A stretch of 32,000 bases of DNA from Bifidobacterium longum subsp. longum JCM 1217 (lineage in GTDB: Bacteria; Actinomycetota; Actinomycetes; Actinomycetales; Bifidobacteriaceae), in assembly GCF_000196555.1 (NCBI RefSeq), contig NC_015067.1:870001-902000 (forward strand), read 5' to 3'. Below the pieces are notes generated by a model that did no database searches, was not told the origin of the DNA, and worked only from the letters and a program-made list of their open reading frames with translations. Below, piece by piece: positions 1-8,653 of the stretch. Position numbers and translations under genes: made by a program. Each line of letters starts with the position of its first letter. Position 1 is the first letter of the stretch.

Positions 1-1
1 C

Positions 2-427
2 ATCGAATGGGCGAACATGATCGACTCCATGATGATGCTTCTGGTGGGGTTGATCGCCGTGGCCGTGCTCATCGCACTTGTCGGCGTAGCCAACACGCTG
101 TCGCTGTCAGTGATCGAACGCACCCGAGAATCCGCCACACTGCGTGCCATCGGCATGACTCGAGGCCAGTTGCGACGCTCCCTCGCGGTGGAAGCCCTGC
201 TCATCTCGCTGGTATCCGGCATCTCGGGCGTACTACTTGGCACCCTGTTCGGCTGGCTGGGCGCATACGTGGTGTTCAGTATGTACGGCAAAGTGGTGTT
301 CCCGTTCGAATGGGGCATTAACGGCATCGTACTCGCCGTGGCAGCCGTGGCAGCATTGCTCGCCAGCGTATTCCCCGCACGCAGGGCAGTGAGCACGCCT
401 CCTGTTGAGGCGCTCGCCGAAGCCTAA
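2..427 (+). CDS. ABC transporter permease, FtsX/MacB type, C-terminal part (5' end lies outside the window)
   Basis: The frame of ORF 17..427 stays open back to nt 2 (IEWANMIDS...). The product shows the FtsX C-terminal pattern: a TM helix, then 'SLSVIERTRESATLRAIGMTRGQL', then two more TM helices. A hairpin terminator follows the gene. Confidence 0.8.
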   Translation: MEWANMIDSMMMLLVGLIAVAVLIALVGVANTLSLSVIERTRESATLRAIGMTRGQLRRSLAVEALLISLVSGISGVLLGTLFGWLGAYVVFSMYGKVVFPFEWGINGIVLAVAAVAALLASVFPARRAVSTPPVEALAEA

Positions 428-446
428 GCTTCATAGCAAACACAAC

Positions 447-486
447 GAAAAGGACTCCTGCCACAAACATGGCAGGAGTCCTTTTC
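447..486. terminator. Bidirectional intrinsic terminator between convergent genes
   Basis: Perfect 16-bp stem: gaaaaggactcctgcc (447-462) pairs with ggcaggagtccttttc (471-486), with an 8-nt loop. The A-run and T-run inside the arms give a U-tail in both orientations. Confidence 0.75.
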
Positions 487-518
487 GCGTATCATGCATA
501 CGCAAAACAACAAATCAA

Positions 519-1274
519 TCAGACCAAATGGTTTTCGTAAGCGAACACCACCGCCTGCACACGGTCACGCGCATTGATCTTCGCCAGAATATGCGCCACA
601 TGCGTTTTCACCGTCGGCAGGCTGATGAAAAGCTTATCGGCAATCTCCTGATTCGACAATCCATGCGCGATCTCAATAAGCACTTCGCGCTCGCGATCGG
701 TCAGTTCATCTAATTCCGGATCGGTGTACGTCGAATCAGAAGTGGAAGAAGCAGTGGAATTTCCATGTGCGCCAACATTCGCAGCCATGAAATCGCCTTC
801 CATCATTTTCTCGATAAGACGTTTCGTGGCGGACGGTGCGATAATCGCATTACCTTGAAAAACCGTGCGAATCGAATTCAACAACGTTTCCGGTTCCGTA
901 TCTTTCAGCAGAAAACCGGAAGCCCCGGCAGTGATCGCAGCCATAACATATTCATCCAAATCGAATGTCGTCAGAATGATCACTTTGGTATGAGTGACTT
1001 CTGATTGCGTTCCATCGGCAGCAAAGCGATGCTGCAACGCACTGATCTGCCGAGTCGCCTCAATACCATCCATGCCGGGCATACGCACATCCATCAACAC
1101 CACGTCAGGATGCAGCGTTTCCGCCAACGCCACAGCCTCTGCACCATCGCGAGCCTGCGCCGCAACCGTCATATCAGGCTGGGAGCCGATCACCATGGCG
1201 AAACCGGCGCGTACCAATTCCTGATCATCGGCAATGACCACACGAATCTTCTGTTCTTCACTCATACTCTCCAC
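519..1274 (-). CDS. NarL/LuxR-family response regulator (receiver domain plus LuxR HTH)
   Basis: Receiver motifs: VVIADDQ, VVLMDVRMPGMDG, ILTTFD and GFLLKD. C-terminal LuxR HTH: 'LTDREREVLIEIAHGLSNQEIADKLFISLPTVKTHVAHIL'. The track start is a GTG. The ATG at 1263-1265 (MSEEQK...), preceded by AAGGTGGAG, is the more likely start. Confidence 0.9.
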   Translation of the reverse strand: MESMSEEQKIRVVIADDQELVRAGFAMVIGSQPDMTVAAQARDGAEAVALAETLHPDVVLMDVRMPGMDGIEATRQISALQHRFAADGTQSEVTHTKVIILTTFDLDEYVMAAITAGASGFLLKDTEPETLLNSIRTVFQGNAIIAPSATKRLIEKMMEGDFMAANVGAHGNSTASSTSDSTYTDPELDELTDREREVLIEIAHGLSNQEIADKLFISLPTVKTHVAHILAKINARDRVQAVVFAYENHLV

Positions 1275-1341
1275 CTTATCGGCATTGTTCCGCTCACAGC
1301 GCGAAACAAACCCTTAAATCTCCCTGAAAAACTTGAATCGG

Positions 1342-3960
1342 CTATCGAGGCACGCGCTGCAGCTGCTCCTCCAATGGTGCTGCGGGCCTCAACTGCAGTT
1401 CGCTCGCACTACCGGCATGAGCGTCATCGCTGAAACCAGTCTCACGAAGCACGCCAAGCAATTCGCGCATACGCTTAAGCGCGGCGCGCCCCTGCTCGCC
1501 AATGGCTTTGAACGCTGCGGAAATCTCGTCGGCGGTAGTCTCTTTGCCTTGTGCTTCGGCGCTATCCAGCATGCGGATACCATCGACGGCTTGACTAATC
1601 ACGCTGTTCAACGTGGCGGTGACTTCAGCCTGAATGCTGGCACTGATACGGTCACGTTCCATATTCGCCGCGAGAATACGCTGCTTCTCCTGCTCGGCCA
1701 CCAGTGCCTCTTCGCGAGCCTGCAACACCAGTGCGTTTGAATCACTGGAACGCGCCCAACGTGCCCACGCCATGATGCCGGCGCACAGCATCAGCACTGC
1801 AACCGTATACATGACGCCGGTAAAGAATGCTGCACTACTACTTGACGTGGCTGAAACCGGTTTTGTTAAGCCCACGGAAGCGGCGATGGCGCCGAACAAG
1901 GTAGTGTATCCGTGTTGATCAGCTGCGATTTTCAAGCCCATCAGAGCTGAACAGGTGACAGCGGCAAGACCGGTCCAACGCCATGCGTGTTCACGCCCAT
2001 ACAATACGGCTGAATACAGCGCACACAGCGACGCTACGATATGTCCAACCTCAATCAATCCCAAAAAAACCAATTGCACAACCGACAATACGAACACAAT
2101 AAGCGCGCAAGTCTCGGGGAACCTGCGTCGAAGAGCCAGTGCCAGCAAGCAGCATGCGGCGATCGCATGAGAGAGCTGCGCATCGCGTGAACTATCAAAA
2201 AAGAATGTAATCGACATGCGATTCAGCAGCATGACCAATACCACGGCACCAACGGAATCCATGAGCACATAATGGTGCTGCGTCCACGCGGAAACACGTT
2301 CCACCCAATTCAGCCCTCGCGAATTGGATGTATTTGCAAGTTCTACGGATTTCAGTTTCAGCGATGTGAGCAAATCATGCAGATTGGGTGCGGTGATGCG
2401 CAAGTGTTGCAGGGCGTTCGAACGATGGTCGCGACCGGTTGGTTGGTTGGTTTCCTGCGTCTGTTCCGATGGTTGATCGGGGATTCGCGCCGATATGTTG
2501 ACGGCTGTGTGAGATGCGATTGCTTCGTCGGATAATTTCGCTTTGCTGGATATGGCAGTTGTGTTGCAAGATTCGGACTGTTCCGAGGCATACTGTTCGC
2601 CGGTTTCGTCTGTCGCTGGCTCTTTACCGCCGTAAGGCAGGGTGGCCATAACTTCGAAGCCTCCGCCGAGTTGAGGGCCAGCCTGCAATGAGCCTCCGGC
2701 CGATTCGATGCGTTCCTTCATGCCCAACAGGCCGTAACCTGGCGTATGCCCGTCGATATTGGCCGCCGCGCCACGACCATTGTCGGTGACGGTCAAAGTG
2801 AGTAAACCGTTGTTCCATGACTCTTTAATATGCACATCGACGTGCGGCCCCGCATACTTGCGGATATTCGTCAGCGCCTCCTGCACTACATGGTAGGAAG
2901 CTATCGAGGCTTGTTCACCGAGTTGTTCTGGGCTGGCGGTGCCGGTGATATTCCATCGGATTCGAATGTCGGGGGAGACGTTTCGCGCTTGTTCCACAAG
3001 ATTGCCTATATCGTTATAATCGGCGTGCGGTGAACCCCCGAATACTCCCAGAAGACGTTGCATGTCATGCAGTGCGCGTTCCGATTCGTGTCGAATCGTC
3101 TCCATGGTGTTTCTAGCCACCGCGGGATCATGCGTGCCTGCATAGCGGCCGCCATCAGACTGCACGATGATGATTGATAGGGTGTGCGCCACCACATCAT
3201 GCATGTCGCGTGCGATGCGTGCTCGTTCCGCCAACGCGGCGATATCGCGTTCGTCCTGGTCTCGTGCGGCGATCGCCTCATTGCGTTCCCGCATCATACG
3301 AACGGTTGCCAGACGGGCACGCTGCCAGAACGCTACAATGACGGTGGAAATAATGCATACTTCGAAAATCGGCGTCAGCACCAACATGTATTGCGCCACC
3401 ATGTTGGCGACTTCCGACATGGATGTTCCTGTGTAGATGGAGCCGAGAGTGTCTTCCGTGACCATTGAGCCATTTGGATTTGAGCCATTCCAACTGCTCC
3501 ACGTATGCACTTTGCCACCGGTGAGCAGCGGCCCATTGGTCATGGTCCATGCCATCAACGCCGAAGCCAGAAGACCGATGGCCAACGCTAGAATAATGAA
3601 GGCTTTCGTGTTTTTGGGATTGCCGTAGACGATCACCGAATACAGCATGACCAATGCCAGAATATCGGCGCCCAATATGCAAGGGCCGAATATGAGATGC
3701 GTCAAGGCCAATGCCACACAGAGCAACGCTCCGGTCTGTGGCCGCCATCGACGGATCAGCAGCGGGATCAGCATTGCCGCTTCCCACGCCATCTGTATGG
3801 AAGGATTAAGGTCAAACAGCAATCCCGGATTATAGGTGATGCTGCCGGTCACGCCGAACAGCAGAACACCTATGACAAGCGTGAGGATGAGATCGCCTGC
3901 GAAGACATGACCATGCATCCACGACAGGAAACGCTGCTTGAAATTCGACATACGCTCCAC
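1342..3960 (-). CDS. Membrane histidine kinase (HisKA_3 / NarL-partner type) with an extra C-terminal degenerate sensor+DHp module
   Basis: aa 1-445: multi-TM sensor, H-box 'ERARIARDMHDVVAHTLSII' (His254 codon at 3199-3201) and ATPase motifs 'QEALTNIRKYA', 'VTDNGRG', 'GYGLLGMKERIE'. aa ~545-872: a paralogous TM+DHp copy without the His and without an ATPase domain. The track start is a GTG. The ATG at 3949-3951, preceded by GGTGGAG, is the more likely start. Confidence 0.85.
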   Translation of the reverse strand: MERMSNFKQRFLSWMHGHVFAGDLILTLVIGVLLFGVTGSITYNPGLLFDLNPSIQMAWEAAMLIPLLIRRWRPQTGALLCVALALTHLIFGPCILGADILALVMLYSVIVYGNPKNTKAFIILALAIGLLASALMAWTMTNGPLLTGGKVHTWSSWNGSNPNGSMVTEDTLGSIYTGTSMSEVANMVAQYMLVLTPIFEVCIISTVIVAFWQRARLATVRMMRERNEAIAARDQDERDIAALAERARIARDMHDVVAHTLSIIIVQSDGGRYAGTHDPAVARNTMETIRHESERALHDMQRLLGVFGGSPHADYNDIGNLVEQARNVSPDIRIRWNITGTASPEQLGEQASIASYHVVQEALTNIRKYAGPHVDVHIKESWNNGLLTLTVTDNGRGAAANIDGHTPGYGLLGMKERIESAGGSLQAGPQLGGGFEVMATLPYGGKEPATDETGEQYASEQSESCNTTAISSKAKLSDEAIASHTAVNISARIPDQPSEQTQETNQPTGRDHRSNALQHLRITAPNLHDLLTSLKLKSVELANTSNSRGLNWVERVSAWTQHHYVLMDSVGAVVLVMLLNRMSITFFFDSSRDAQLSHAIAACCLLALALRRRFPETCALIVFVLSVVQLVFLGLIEVGHIVASLCALYSAVLYGREHAWRWTGLAAVTCSALMGLKIAADQHGYTTLFGAIAASVGLTKPVSATSSSSAAFFTGVMYTVAVLMLCAGIMAWARWARSSDSNALVLQAREEALVAEQEKQRILAANMERDRISASIQAEVTATLNSVISQAVDGIRMLDSAEAQGKETTADEISAAFKAIGEQGRAALKRMRELLGVLRETGFSDDAHAGSASELQLRPAAPLEEQLQRVPR

Positions 3961-4128
3961 CCTAGCGCCAGATATGCTGTGACGCCATCGTGCGCAGGAA
4001 TGAAATAACGGTAAGATAAAGCCGCTTTTGTGAGGTAAGGTTATCTCCGCATGTGGGTGAGATGGAATCCATCAAGAAGTCACTACCCGCATTGAATATG
4101 CCGATGACGCCAAAGGAAAGGTGAATGC

Positions 4129-5472
4129 ATGACGTTGCTGAGCGAATACTACGTGCCCGGATTGCATATTGAGGATCGTTCCATCAAGGTGCCGTTGGAT
4201 TGGGCGGGTCACGAGCCCGGTCATGGGTTCGATGGCGAATCGATCAGCCTGTTCTACCGTGTGGTCACCGCTCCCGAACATGTGCATGACGACCTGCCGT
4301 TGCTCGTGTTCCTGCAGGGTGGTCCCGGTGGTTCCGGTCCGCGTCCGCTCGGCCCAAGTTCCGATGGTTGGATCGAGGAAGCGATCAAGCATTTCCGCGT
4401 GGTGTTGCCGGATCAACGTGGTACGGGGCGTTCGTCTCGTGTCGACACGCATGTGATTGAGGGCATGGACGGCGACGGCAAGGCCGGTGCCGCGTTTTTG
4501 AAGCGTTTCCTCGCTGATTCGATCGTTCGTGATTTCGAGCATCTGCGTCGCACCGAATTCGGGGGCGCACGTTGGGTCACGCTTGGTCAAAGCTATGGCG
4601 GATTCCTGACGTTGACGTATCTTTCGCTGTTCCCGCAAGGAGTTATCGCCAGTTTCACCACGGGCGGCATTCCTCATGTTCCCGCCGATGCGACCGACGT
4701 GTACCGTCATACGTTCCCGCGCATGGCGGCAAAGACGAAGCAGTTCTACGAGCGTTACCCGATCGATATCGAACGTGTCGTGGCCGTCGCCGACATTCTG
4801 CAATCGCGCAAGGTCACATTGCCGAACGGCGACCCGCTCACGGTGGAACGCTTCCAATGCTTGGGATCCGATTTCGGTATGAAGCCGAGTTTCGAACGCG
4901 TGCATTGGATTCTTGACCAGGCATTCCTTGACGGCGACGGTTCGGCCTCGACCTCGGCGGAACTGTCTGACGAATTCCTATCTTCCGTGATGGAGGCGAC
5001 CTCGTCTCGCCCACTGTATTGGCCGTTGCAGGAGTTCATCTACGCCAACGGCGAGCTGAAAACGCCGATTTGCTGGGCCGCCCAGCGCGTGCGCGGCGAG
5101 CATCCGGAATTCGCGGGTGACATTTGTCCGCTTAATTTCACCGGCGAGGCCATGTTCCCGTGGATGTTCGAGCAGGAACGTGCGTTGCGTCCGTTCAAAC
5201 CAGCCATGGATGTGCTTATGGAAGACACGCATTTCGGCACGATCTACGATGCCGACCAGTTGGCGCGTAACGAGGTGCCGTTGCAGGCCGCCGTCTATTT
5301 CGACGACATGTACGTCGACTCCGGTCTGCAATTTGATACGCTGTCCCGTGTGGGACGATCGCACTATTGGACCACCAACGAATTCGAGCACGACGGTGTA
5401 CATGGTTCCGTGGTGTTCAAGCACCTGTTCGACGAGGCGTTGAACAGGGGAGACCTGGAAGAACTGTTCTGA
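4129..5472 (+). CDS. pip: Proline iminopeptidase (alpha/beta hydrolase, S33-like)
   Basis: Motifs 'FLQGGPGGSG' (HGGPG-type oxyanion motif), the 'GQSYGG' nucleophile elbow and 'LPDQRGTGRS'. The SD AAGGAAAGG lies upstream of the ATG. Confidence 0.8.
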   Translation: MTLLSEYYVPGLHIEDRSIKVPLDWAGHEPGHGFDGESISLFYRVVTAPEHVHDDLPLLVFLQGGPGGSGPRPLGPSSDGWIEEAIKHFRVVLPDQRGTGRSSRVDTHVIEGMDGDGKAGAAFLKRFLADSIVRDFEHLRRTEFGGARWVTLGQSYGGFLTLTYLSLFPQGVIASFTTGGIPHVPADATDVYRHTFPRMAAKTKQFYERYPIDIERVVAVADILQSRKVTLPNGDPLTVERFQCLGSDFGMKPSFERVHWILDQAFLDGDGSASTSAELSDEFLSSVMEATSSRPLYWPLQEFIYANGELKTPICWAAQRVRGEHPEFAGDICPLNFTGEAMFPWMFEQERALRPFKPAMDVLMEDTHFGTIYDADQLARNEVPLQAAVYFDDMYVDSGLQFDTLSRVGRSHYWTTNEFEHDGVHGSVVFKHLFDEALNRGDLEELF

Positions 5473-5546
5473 CATTCCCGAAATTCTCCGAAACCATCGC
5501 ATCCAAAACAATTACGTCCATTAGAAAAGACGACAAGGAGGACACC

Positions 5547-6347
5547 ATGTCCAATCCAACCATCGGATTCATCGGATACGGCAACATGGCGCAGGCGATC
5601 GCCGAAGGCCTGGTCAATGCCGGCACAATCAGCGGCAACGACATTGTGGCTTGTGCGGCACACTATGACAAGCTGGAATGTAACGCCGCCAAACTTGGTG
5701 TGAAAGCGGTGCATACCGCTGCACAAGTGGCCGAAGCCGCCGACGTGGTCGTTATCGCCATCAAACCGTATCAGATTGAAGCGGTGATTTCACCGATTGT
5801 TGATAAGCTGGCGCAGCCAAACACCATCGTCGTGTCCATTGCGGCAGGCTGGGATCTGAACAAATTCCGCGACCTGTTCGGAACGTCTTTCGAACAGGCA
5901 CACATCCAATGCACCATTCCGAACACGCCGATGGCTGTCGGCAAAGGCGTGCTGGTCACGGAAATCGACAACACGCTCACGCAGGAACAGACGGAAACCT
6001 TCGAAAGCCTGTTTTCGTCAATCAGCCTGATTGAACACGTGGACACCGCACACATGGGCATCGGCATGTGCATCGCCGGCTGCGCGCCGGCCTTCACCGA
6101 CATGTACATCGAAGCATTGGGCGATGCCGGTGTGAAATATGGTTTGCAGCGTGCCACCGCGTATCGTCTGGCCGCCAAAATGGTGGAAGGCGTGGGTGCG
6201 CTCTATCTGGCCGACGAAACGCATCCGGGTGCCATGAAAGACGCTGTCTGCTCTCCAGGGGGCACCACCATCAAGGGTGTCGCATCGTTGGAGGAAAGTG
6301 CGTTCCGAGGTGCCGTGATCAAAGCGGTCGACGCCATCGAAGCCTAA
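5547..6347 (+). CDS. proC: Pyrroline-5-carboxylate reductase
   Basis: 'IGFIGYGNMAQAI' Rossmann motif and the 'CSPGGTTIKG' P5CR signature. The ATG at 5547 is preceded by AAGGAGGA (5535-5542). The track ORF from 5367 is an upstream extension that overlaps the pip 3' end in another frame. Confidence 0.9.
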   Translation: MSNPTIGFIGYGNMAQAIAEGLVNAGTISGNDIVACAAHYDKLECNAAKLGVKAVHTAAQVAEAADVVVIAIKPYQIEAVISPIVDKLAQPNTIVVSIAAGWDLNKFRDLFGTSFEQAHIQCTIPNTPMAVGKGVLVTEIDNTLTQEQTETFESLFSSISLIEHVDTAHMGIGMCIAGCAPAFTDMYIEALGDAGVKYGLQRATAYRLAAKMVEGVGALYLADETHPGAMKDAVCSPGGTTIKGVASLEESAFRGAVIKAVDAIEA

Positions 6348-6364
6348 TACTAAGCTAAGGAACC

Positions 6365-7462
6365 ATGTCTCTTACTATCGGAATTGTCGGACTGCCGAAC
6401 GTCGGCAAGTCCACCATGTTCAACGCATTGACCCGTAACAACGTTCTGGCGGAAAACTATCCGTTTGCCACCATCGAACCGAACACCGGCATCGTGCCAT
6501 TGCCGGATGACCGTCTGCCGGTGCTTGCCAAGCTCGTGCACACGGAGAAGATCGTGCCGGCCACCGTCACCTTCGTCGACATCGCAGGCATCGTCAAGGG
6601 CGCTTCGGAAGGCGAAGGCTTGGGTAACAAGTTCCTCGCCAACATTCGCGAAGCCGACGCGATCTGCGAGGTCGTGCGTGCCTTCGAAGACGATGATATC
6701 GTGCACGTCAACGGCAAGGTCGATCCGTCCGACGACATTGAAACCATCAACACCGAGCTGATCCTCGCCGATCTGCAGACCATCGAGAACGCGCTGCCGA
6801 AGTTGGAGAAGGATTTGCGCGGCAAGAAGATCGAACCGGCCTACATGGAGGCCGTCAAGCAGGCGAAGACCATTCTTGAAGCCGGCGAAACCATTGATAA
6901 GGCGGCTCGCGAAGGTCGTTTCGACAAGGATTCCGTCTACGATCTGCACTTGATGAGCGCCAAGCCGTTCATCTACGTGTTCAACGTGGATGATGCCGAA
7001 CTGCAGAACAAAGACATGCAGGCCAAGCTCGCCGCATCCGTGGCTCCGGCTCCGGCCATTTTCCTCAACGCGCAGTTTGAAGCCGACCTGACCGAACTCG
7101 ACGAGGCTGACGCTCGCGAGATGCTTGCGGACGCCGGTCTTGAGGAGTCCGGATTGGATCAGTTGGCGCGAGTCGGCTACGATACTCTCGGCCTTTCCAC
7201 CTTCCTCACCGCAGGCGAGAAAGAAGTGCGCGCATGGCAGATTCACAAGGGCTATACCGCTCCGCAGGCTGCCGGCGTGATTCACACGGACTTCGAAAAG
7301 GGCTTCATCAAGGCCGATATCGTCTCCTACGACGATTTCGTGGCTGCCGAAGGTTCCATGGTCAAGATCAAGGAGGAAGGCAAGCTACGTCAGGAAGGCC
7401 GCGACTACGTGATGCAGGACGGCGATATCGTCGAATTCAAATTCAACGTCTCCAAAAAATAA
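6365..7462 (+). CDS. ychF: Ribosome-binding ATPase YchF
   Basis: '[18 protein letters not shown]' P-loop and '[20 protein letters not shown]'. The C-terminal TGS-like region includes '[29 protein letters not shown]'. It lies 17 nt after proC and has an AAGGAA SD. Confidence 0.95.
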   Translation: MSLTIGIVGLPNVGKSTMFNALTRNNVLAENYPFATIEPNTGIVPLPDDRLPVLAKLVHTEKIVPATVTFVDIAGIVKGASEGEGLGNKFLANIREADAICEVVRAFEDDDIVHVNGKVDPSDDIETINTELILADLQTIENALPKLEKDLRGKKIEPAYMEAVKQAKTILEAGETIDKAAREGRFDKDSVYDLHLMSAKPFIYVFNVDDAELQNKDMQAKLAASVAPAPAIFLNAQFEADLTELDEADAREMLADAGLEESGLDQLARVGYDTLGLSTFLTAGEKEVRAWQIHKGYTAPQAAGVIHTDFEKGFIKADIVSYDDFVAAEGSMVKIKEEGKLRQEGRDYVMQDGDIVEFKFNVSKK

Positions 7463-7473
7463 GTGTTTCTCTG

Positions 7474-7511
7474 GCTCCCCTCTTTTGAGGGGAGCTGTCG
7501 CTACAAGCGAC
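7474..7511. repeat. Intergenic hairpin-repeat unit: a GCTCCCCTC/GAGGGGAGC hairpin followed by a GTCGC/GCGAC mini-hairpin
   Basis: gctcccctc (7474-7482), loop tttt, gaggggagc (7487-7495). Then gtcgc (7497-7501), loop tacaa, gcgac (7507-7511). Related stems occur at 25314-25335, 29281-29311 and, degenerate, around 31360-31505. Confidence 0.6.
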
Positions 7512-7528
7512 TGAGGAGCGGCACGGAT

Positions 7529-7558
7529 AAGGCCTGAGAAGTCGTCTTCTCAGGCCTT
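7529..7558. terminator. Hairpin terminator between the convergent genes ychF and yccF
   Basis: Perfect 13-bp stem: aaggcctgagaag (7529-7541) pairs with cttctcaggcctt (7546-7558), with a 4-nt loop. The tail on the plus strand (ttgtc) is only weakly T-rich. Confidence 0.65.
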
Positions 7559-7709
7559 TGTCATGACATTGTTCTGCAAGGACTGGCTGCTGCGGCAGCA
7601 TAATGTGTGTTTTATTATTCGGCCTTGGCGGCTTGCTGGTCAATCCAATTGTTAACGTCGGTGACCGCCTCGTCAAGGGTTGCTTTGGCGGCTTTGTAGT
7701 ATTTGGAAT

Positions 7710-8075
7710 CTACAGGTTGACGATTTCCGCGCCGAACGGCCAGAGTGCGAGCTTGGCCATCTTGAACGATTGCAGTCCGAACGGAATACCGATAATGGTG
7801 ATGCAGTTGAGTACGCCGGCTCCCAGATAGCCGAGCGCCATCCAGCAGCCGACCAGCACCACCCACAGGATGTTGGCCAAGGCAGAGCCGACTCCGCCGC
7901 CGTATTGCACGGTTTTGCCAAACGGCGTCAAGGTGAGTCCCGCCATCTTGAACGCTTGAATGCCGAACGGGATGCCGATGATGGAGATGCACAGAATCAG
8001 TCCCACCAATGCCCATCCGATTGCGATGGCCAATCCACCAAGAATGATCCACAGGATATTGCCGAGAACTCGCAT
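7710..8075 (-). CDS. yccF: YccF-family inner membrane protein (DUF307, internal duplication)
   Basis: 121 aa with two repeated halves: 'NILWIILGGLAIAIGWALVGLILCISIIGIPFGIQAFKMA' and 'NILWVVLVGCWMALGYLGAGVLNCITIIGIPFGLQSFKMA'. Confidence 0.85.
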   Translation of the reverse strand: MRVLGNILWIILGGLAIAIGWALVGLILCISIIGIPFGIQAFKMAGLTLTPFGKTVQYGGGVGSALANILWVVLVGCWMALGYLGAGVLNCITIIGIPFGLQSFKMAKLALWPFGAEIVNL

Positions 8076-8339
8076 GATTAGTCCCTTTCCGATTCCGGTC
8101 GATTCCGCGCATGTTCAGCTTCACTATTTTGCCAGAAATCATGACGGAAACACGAGATGCAACCCTTAGCTCGCCCCTGATTCATCCCCGGACCGTTATT
8201 CAGGCGGAGCGTATGCGGTAAGCCCAATCCTTTTGTGAAGATTTTGTGTATTGTCAGGCATGCGTGGGTTTCACCGTCGATTTGAATGATGATAAGCTTC
8301 TCGATGTCTGCCGTACGAAGACCCCATCAAGGAGATGCC

Positions 8340-8450
8340 ATGAACCTGTATCGCTACGCGATGTTCATCGCACGCGCCTGCCGTGGGTCGTTCGTCGGCA
8401 ATGTTCTGTTTGCCAATCCACGAATGGCCCTATTCTCGATGCTGGTGTAG
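8340..8450 (+). CDS. Candidate 36-aa small ORF (MNLYRYAMFIARACRGSFVGNVLFANPRMALFSMLV)
   Basis: The ATG at 8340 lies 5 nt after a consensus AAGGAG (8329-8334). Hand-counted GC by codon position is 19/36, 15/36 and 26/36, which is the coding-like GC3>GC1>GC2 order. It is below the track size cutoff and I recognise no homology. Confidence 0.25.
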   Translation: MNLYRYAMFIARACRGSFVGNVLFANPRMALFSMLV

Positions 8451-8653
8451 CGGGGACACGCCTTATGCCGGGATGTACCGATGGCCCATCCGCAGTCGAC
8501 GTCGCATGAATCGCTCACCATAGCCATCAACTTACGCAAAGCCGCGAATCGTTTGCCGTATATGAATGCGGAACGGATGGCGGCTTTTCCTTTACGTCCG
8601 GACTCATCGGTGTCCTCGTGTCTTGACACAAGCATGGGGCCGGATCGCCACAC

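Noticed and set aside
5367-5546. Upstream extensions of track ORFs for proC (5367), the DUF47 gene (30494), the TetR gene (24578), the SPFH gene (17070) and GH13 (up to 26744).
   Set aside because: In each case an internal start codon with an SD, or a leaderless-type -10 element, coincides with the start of family homology. The extension either overlaps the preceding gene or is compositionally non-coding.
7615-7709. A coding-like 31-codon tail (…SKYYKAAKATLDEAVTDVNNWIDQQAAKAE*) just downstream of yccF, in the -1 frame.
   Set aside because: GC3 is about 20/31, but there is no ATG, GTG or TTG start in frame and no slippery heptamer at the yccF end that would allow frameshifting. It is most simply a remnant of a decayed gene or chance, and cannot be supported as a feature.
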